Origin: Salinivirgaceae bacterium
GTDB lineage: Bacteria > Bacteroidota > Bacteroidia > Bacteroidales > SZUA-534
NCBI GenBank assembly: GCA_024405635.1
Contig: JAKSOL010000007.1
Span: 63,981 to 127,980, forward strand
Length of the DNA: 64,000 bases
Reading direction: 5' to 3'
Part shown: in pieces, positions 62,234-64,000 of the stretch
Layout: each line of letters starts with the position of its first letter
Numbering within the stretch: position 1 is the first letter of the stretch
Notes under the pieces: model-generated
Database searches by the model: none
What the model was told of the DNA's origin: nothing
The model's input: only the letters and a program-made list of their open reading frames with translations
Program-made: the position numbers and the translations under genes

Positions 62234-62719
62234 TTATTCTATTAGTGTCCAAGTTTCGCCATCCGCTAAACGTATCTCTGTAATGCCTTTGTCTTTTTGT
62301 AGTATATAGTTAGTTTGCTTTGTTTTTATCTCATATATAGATAGTTTGGATAGATTCTTAATATCATCTACATCAACCCAAGAAAAAATTTCATCCTCCT
62401 CACACGAATTATGTGTATTATAGTTGCTTGTACAGAAAAAAAAGAATTGTACATTACAATATAAAAAAGTATTTGAAAAACTACACTCTAAACTCATACC
62501 ACTTTCACTATAAGAATGATGATGGCAACCACTGGTTTGAATTTCAAACTTTTCTATTGTCATTGTTATAGTGTCTTTGCCATCTGTATATTCCTTTTCC
62601 ATATTTGTCTCATATGGGAAAAAATCTAAAAAGCCGCTTGGAAAAGTATTATCTTCTTCTTTATGGCATGAAATGAAAGTTAATCCAACAACTATTACAA
62701 ACAATATTACTTTTTTCAT
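62234..62719 (-). CDS. Lipoprotein of unknown function (cassette 1)
   Basis: MKKVILF...FISCHKEE lipobox; FFPY motif; ends ETWTLIE. Confidence 0.75.
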   Translation of the reverse strand: MKKVILFVIVVGLTFISCHKEEDNTFPSGFLDFFPYETNMEKEYTDGKDTITMTIEKFEIQTSGCHHHSYSESGMSLECSFSNTFLYCNVQFFFFCTSNYNTHNSCEEDEIFSWVDVDDIKNLSKLSIYEIKTKQTNYILQKDKGITEIRLADGETWTLIE

Positions 62720-62723
62720 AGTT

Positions 62724-62996
62724 CTACTTTTTAATGGTTGCAGTAAAAGAAGACCCTTTTTCAACACAAAAGCCTTTACCTAGAATTATTGATTTTTCTG
62801 AACTAACTTTTAATGAACTTTGATCAGATACTTTTGTTTCTTTTACTTGTACTTTGCTTTTTGCATTAAACGTGGCTTTATTACCATCAATAACCTTTAC
62901 AAAGGTTACAAAAAGATTCTCATTTCCAGCTATCCCTCTTACAAAAAATGATGGGTCGCCAAATAGGTTGAACCTTTGTTTTACCTCCAAATACAA
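62724..62996 (-). pseudogene. Orphan C-terminal tip of a C25-peptidase-like protein
   Basis: YLEVKQRFNLFGDPS ... I.L.KGF.VE.G..F.A.I; non-ATG start abutting a hairpin. Confidence 0.5.
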
Positions 62997-63064
62997 AAAC
63001 CCCCAACAACCAATTTAGCTCGGTTGCTGGGGTTGAGTGGGTATAAGTAAAGTTGTGTGTGGGA

Positions 63065-63580
63065 TTATTCTATTAAAGTCCAAGTTTCGTATGGGTAATA
63101 AGACATTTTCATTTCAACTAATCCTTTGTTTTTAATAAATTTAGCATATCCATCGTTAATGTCATTATTATGCAATAATATAAGAGTATCTTGTAATTTT
63201 ATATCTTGTCCTCCCCACCAATGTAATTTAAAACTACCTACATCCTTATTGTCACGATAGGAAAAATAAACATTACATATTTTATATTTCACTCCATGCG
63301 AATATCTATCATAGTTACATGTATCTTTCCAACGAAATTCTCCATGAATACCAACATACCAACCACCACCATGACAGTCGTTATGAATAGCATCGCTATT
63401 ATTTCCAATATAAGCTTCTATTTCAATAGTATCATTAGTTCTTTTAAATAGTAATTTTTGTCCATAATAATATGGGAAGAATTGCATGTATTTTTCTGGT
63501 ATTTCTGCGGGAGCTTCATCTTTGTGGCATGAAGCAAATACCAACATACATAAGCAAAATAGTAGAATTATTTTTTTCAT
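63065..63580 (-). CDS. Lipoprotein of unknown function (cassette 2)
   Basis: MKKIILL...FASCHKDE lipobox; FFPY motif; ends ETWTLIE. Confidence 0.75.
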   Translation of the reverse strand: MKKIILLFCLCMLVFASCHKDEAPAEIPEKYMQFFPYYYGQKLLFKRTNDTIEIEAYIGNNSDAIHNDCHGGGWYVGIHGEFRWKDTCNYDRYSHGVKYKICNVYFSYRDNKDVGSFKLHWWGGQDIKLQDTLILLHNNDINDGYAKFIKNKGLVEMKMSYYPYETWTLIE

Positions 63581-63590
63581 AACACTAGTA

Positions 63591-63875
63591 TTAATTAGCA
63601 ATTGTTTTGTCTATCGATGCTTTAAAGCGAGCGAGTTTCTCCACTTTGAAACCTGGTTTAAGTGAGATACTATTCTTTGCAATTATAGTCAAATTTGATT
63701 CATTACCAGAAACCACTATTTGTTTGTTGTTTGTATCTACTTTGTCCAACACCTTGTAATATATCCTACTTTGAATTGACTCGTCTGTTTTAAAAGTAAG
63801 ATTTTCAATATTATATCCTTTTATAATCATACTTGGGTCGCCAAATAGATTGAAACGTTTTACCTCCAAATACAA
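63591..63875 (-). pseudogene. Orphan C-terminal tip of a C25-peptidase-like protein
   Basis: YLEVKRFNLFGDPS ... ISLKPGFKVE...F.ASI. Confidence 0.5.
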
Positions 63876-64000
63876 AAACCGCCAACAACCTCATTTTGCT
63901 TGGTTGTTGGCGGTTGAAGTTTTAATGCAAAGAGGATGGGTTATTCTATTAACGCGAGTTCGATATAAGCAAATAAGCAAATCAGTAAAATAGAACAAGT

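Larger units (their letters stand above)
62169..63950 (-). repeat. Three copies of a cassette-junction repeat (gene end ..LIE* plus AACCGCCAACAACC/GGTTGYTGGCGGTT hairpin)
   Basis: Hairpins at 62169-62208, 62998-63034 and 63877-63915; TTATTCTATTA at 62234, about 63065 and 63941. Confidence 0.8.

Overview
This is an AT-rich Bacteroidales-type chromosomal segment, judged from TAnnTTTG promoters and gene content. Most of it is housekeeping: RNase E/G, bS22, HU, alaS, a two-component pair, purU, a preQ1-riboswitch yhhQ-queC-queF operon, nadA, an attenuated his operon, GH3, ackA, add, GS-III, hrpB and an amino-acid decarboxylase. The standout is a ~9 kb island between purU and yhhQ. It holds a type II-like cas1 and a divergent cas2 with no cas9, other effector or tracrRNA, followed by eight copies of a 35-bp CRISPR-like repeat (GTTTTACATAATGCTCAAACTCAGACAAGTAAAAC). 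The seven 'spacers' are 412-2350 bp rather than ~30 bp. They are gene-sized pieces of foreign DNA cut mid-gene at the repeats and are rich in toxin-antitoxin material. The protein antitoxins (HicB-like, DUF2442) and candidate antisense sRNAs are intact, while most toxins are truncated. Two spacers are divergent alleles of the same locus in opposite orientation. My inference is a Cas1-Cas2 gene-capture array whose spacers act as genes rather than guides; an assembly artefact must be excluded. A second, smaller cassette array (peptidase C-terminal tips paired with variable lipoproteins) begins at the right edge. All protein family calls are by motif recognition, not database search.
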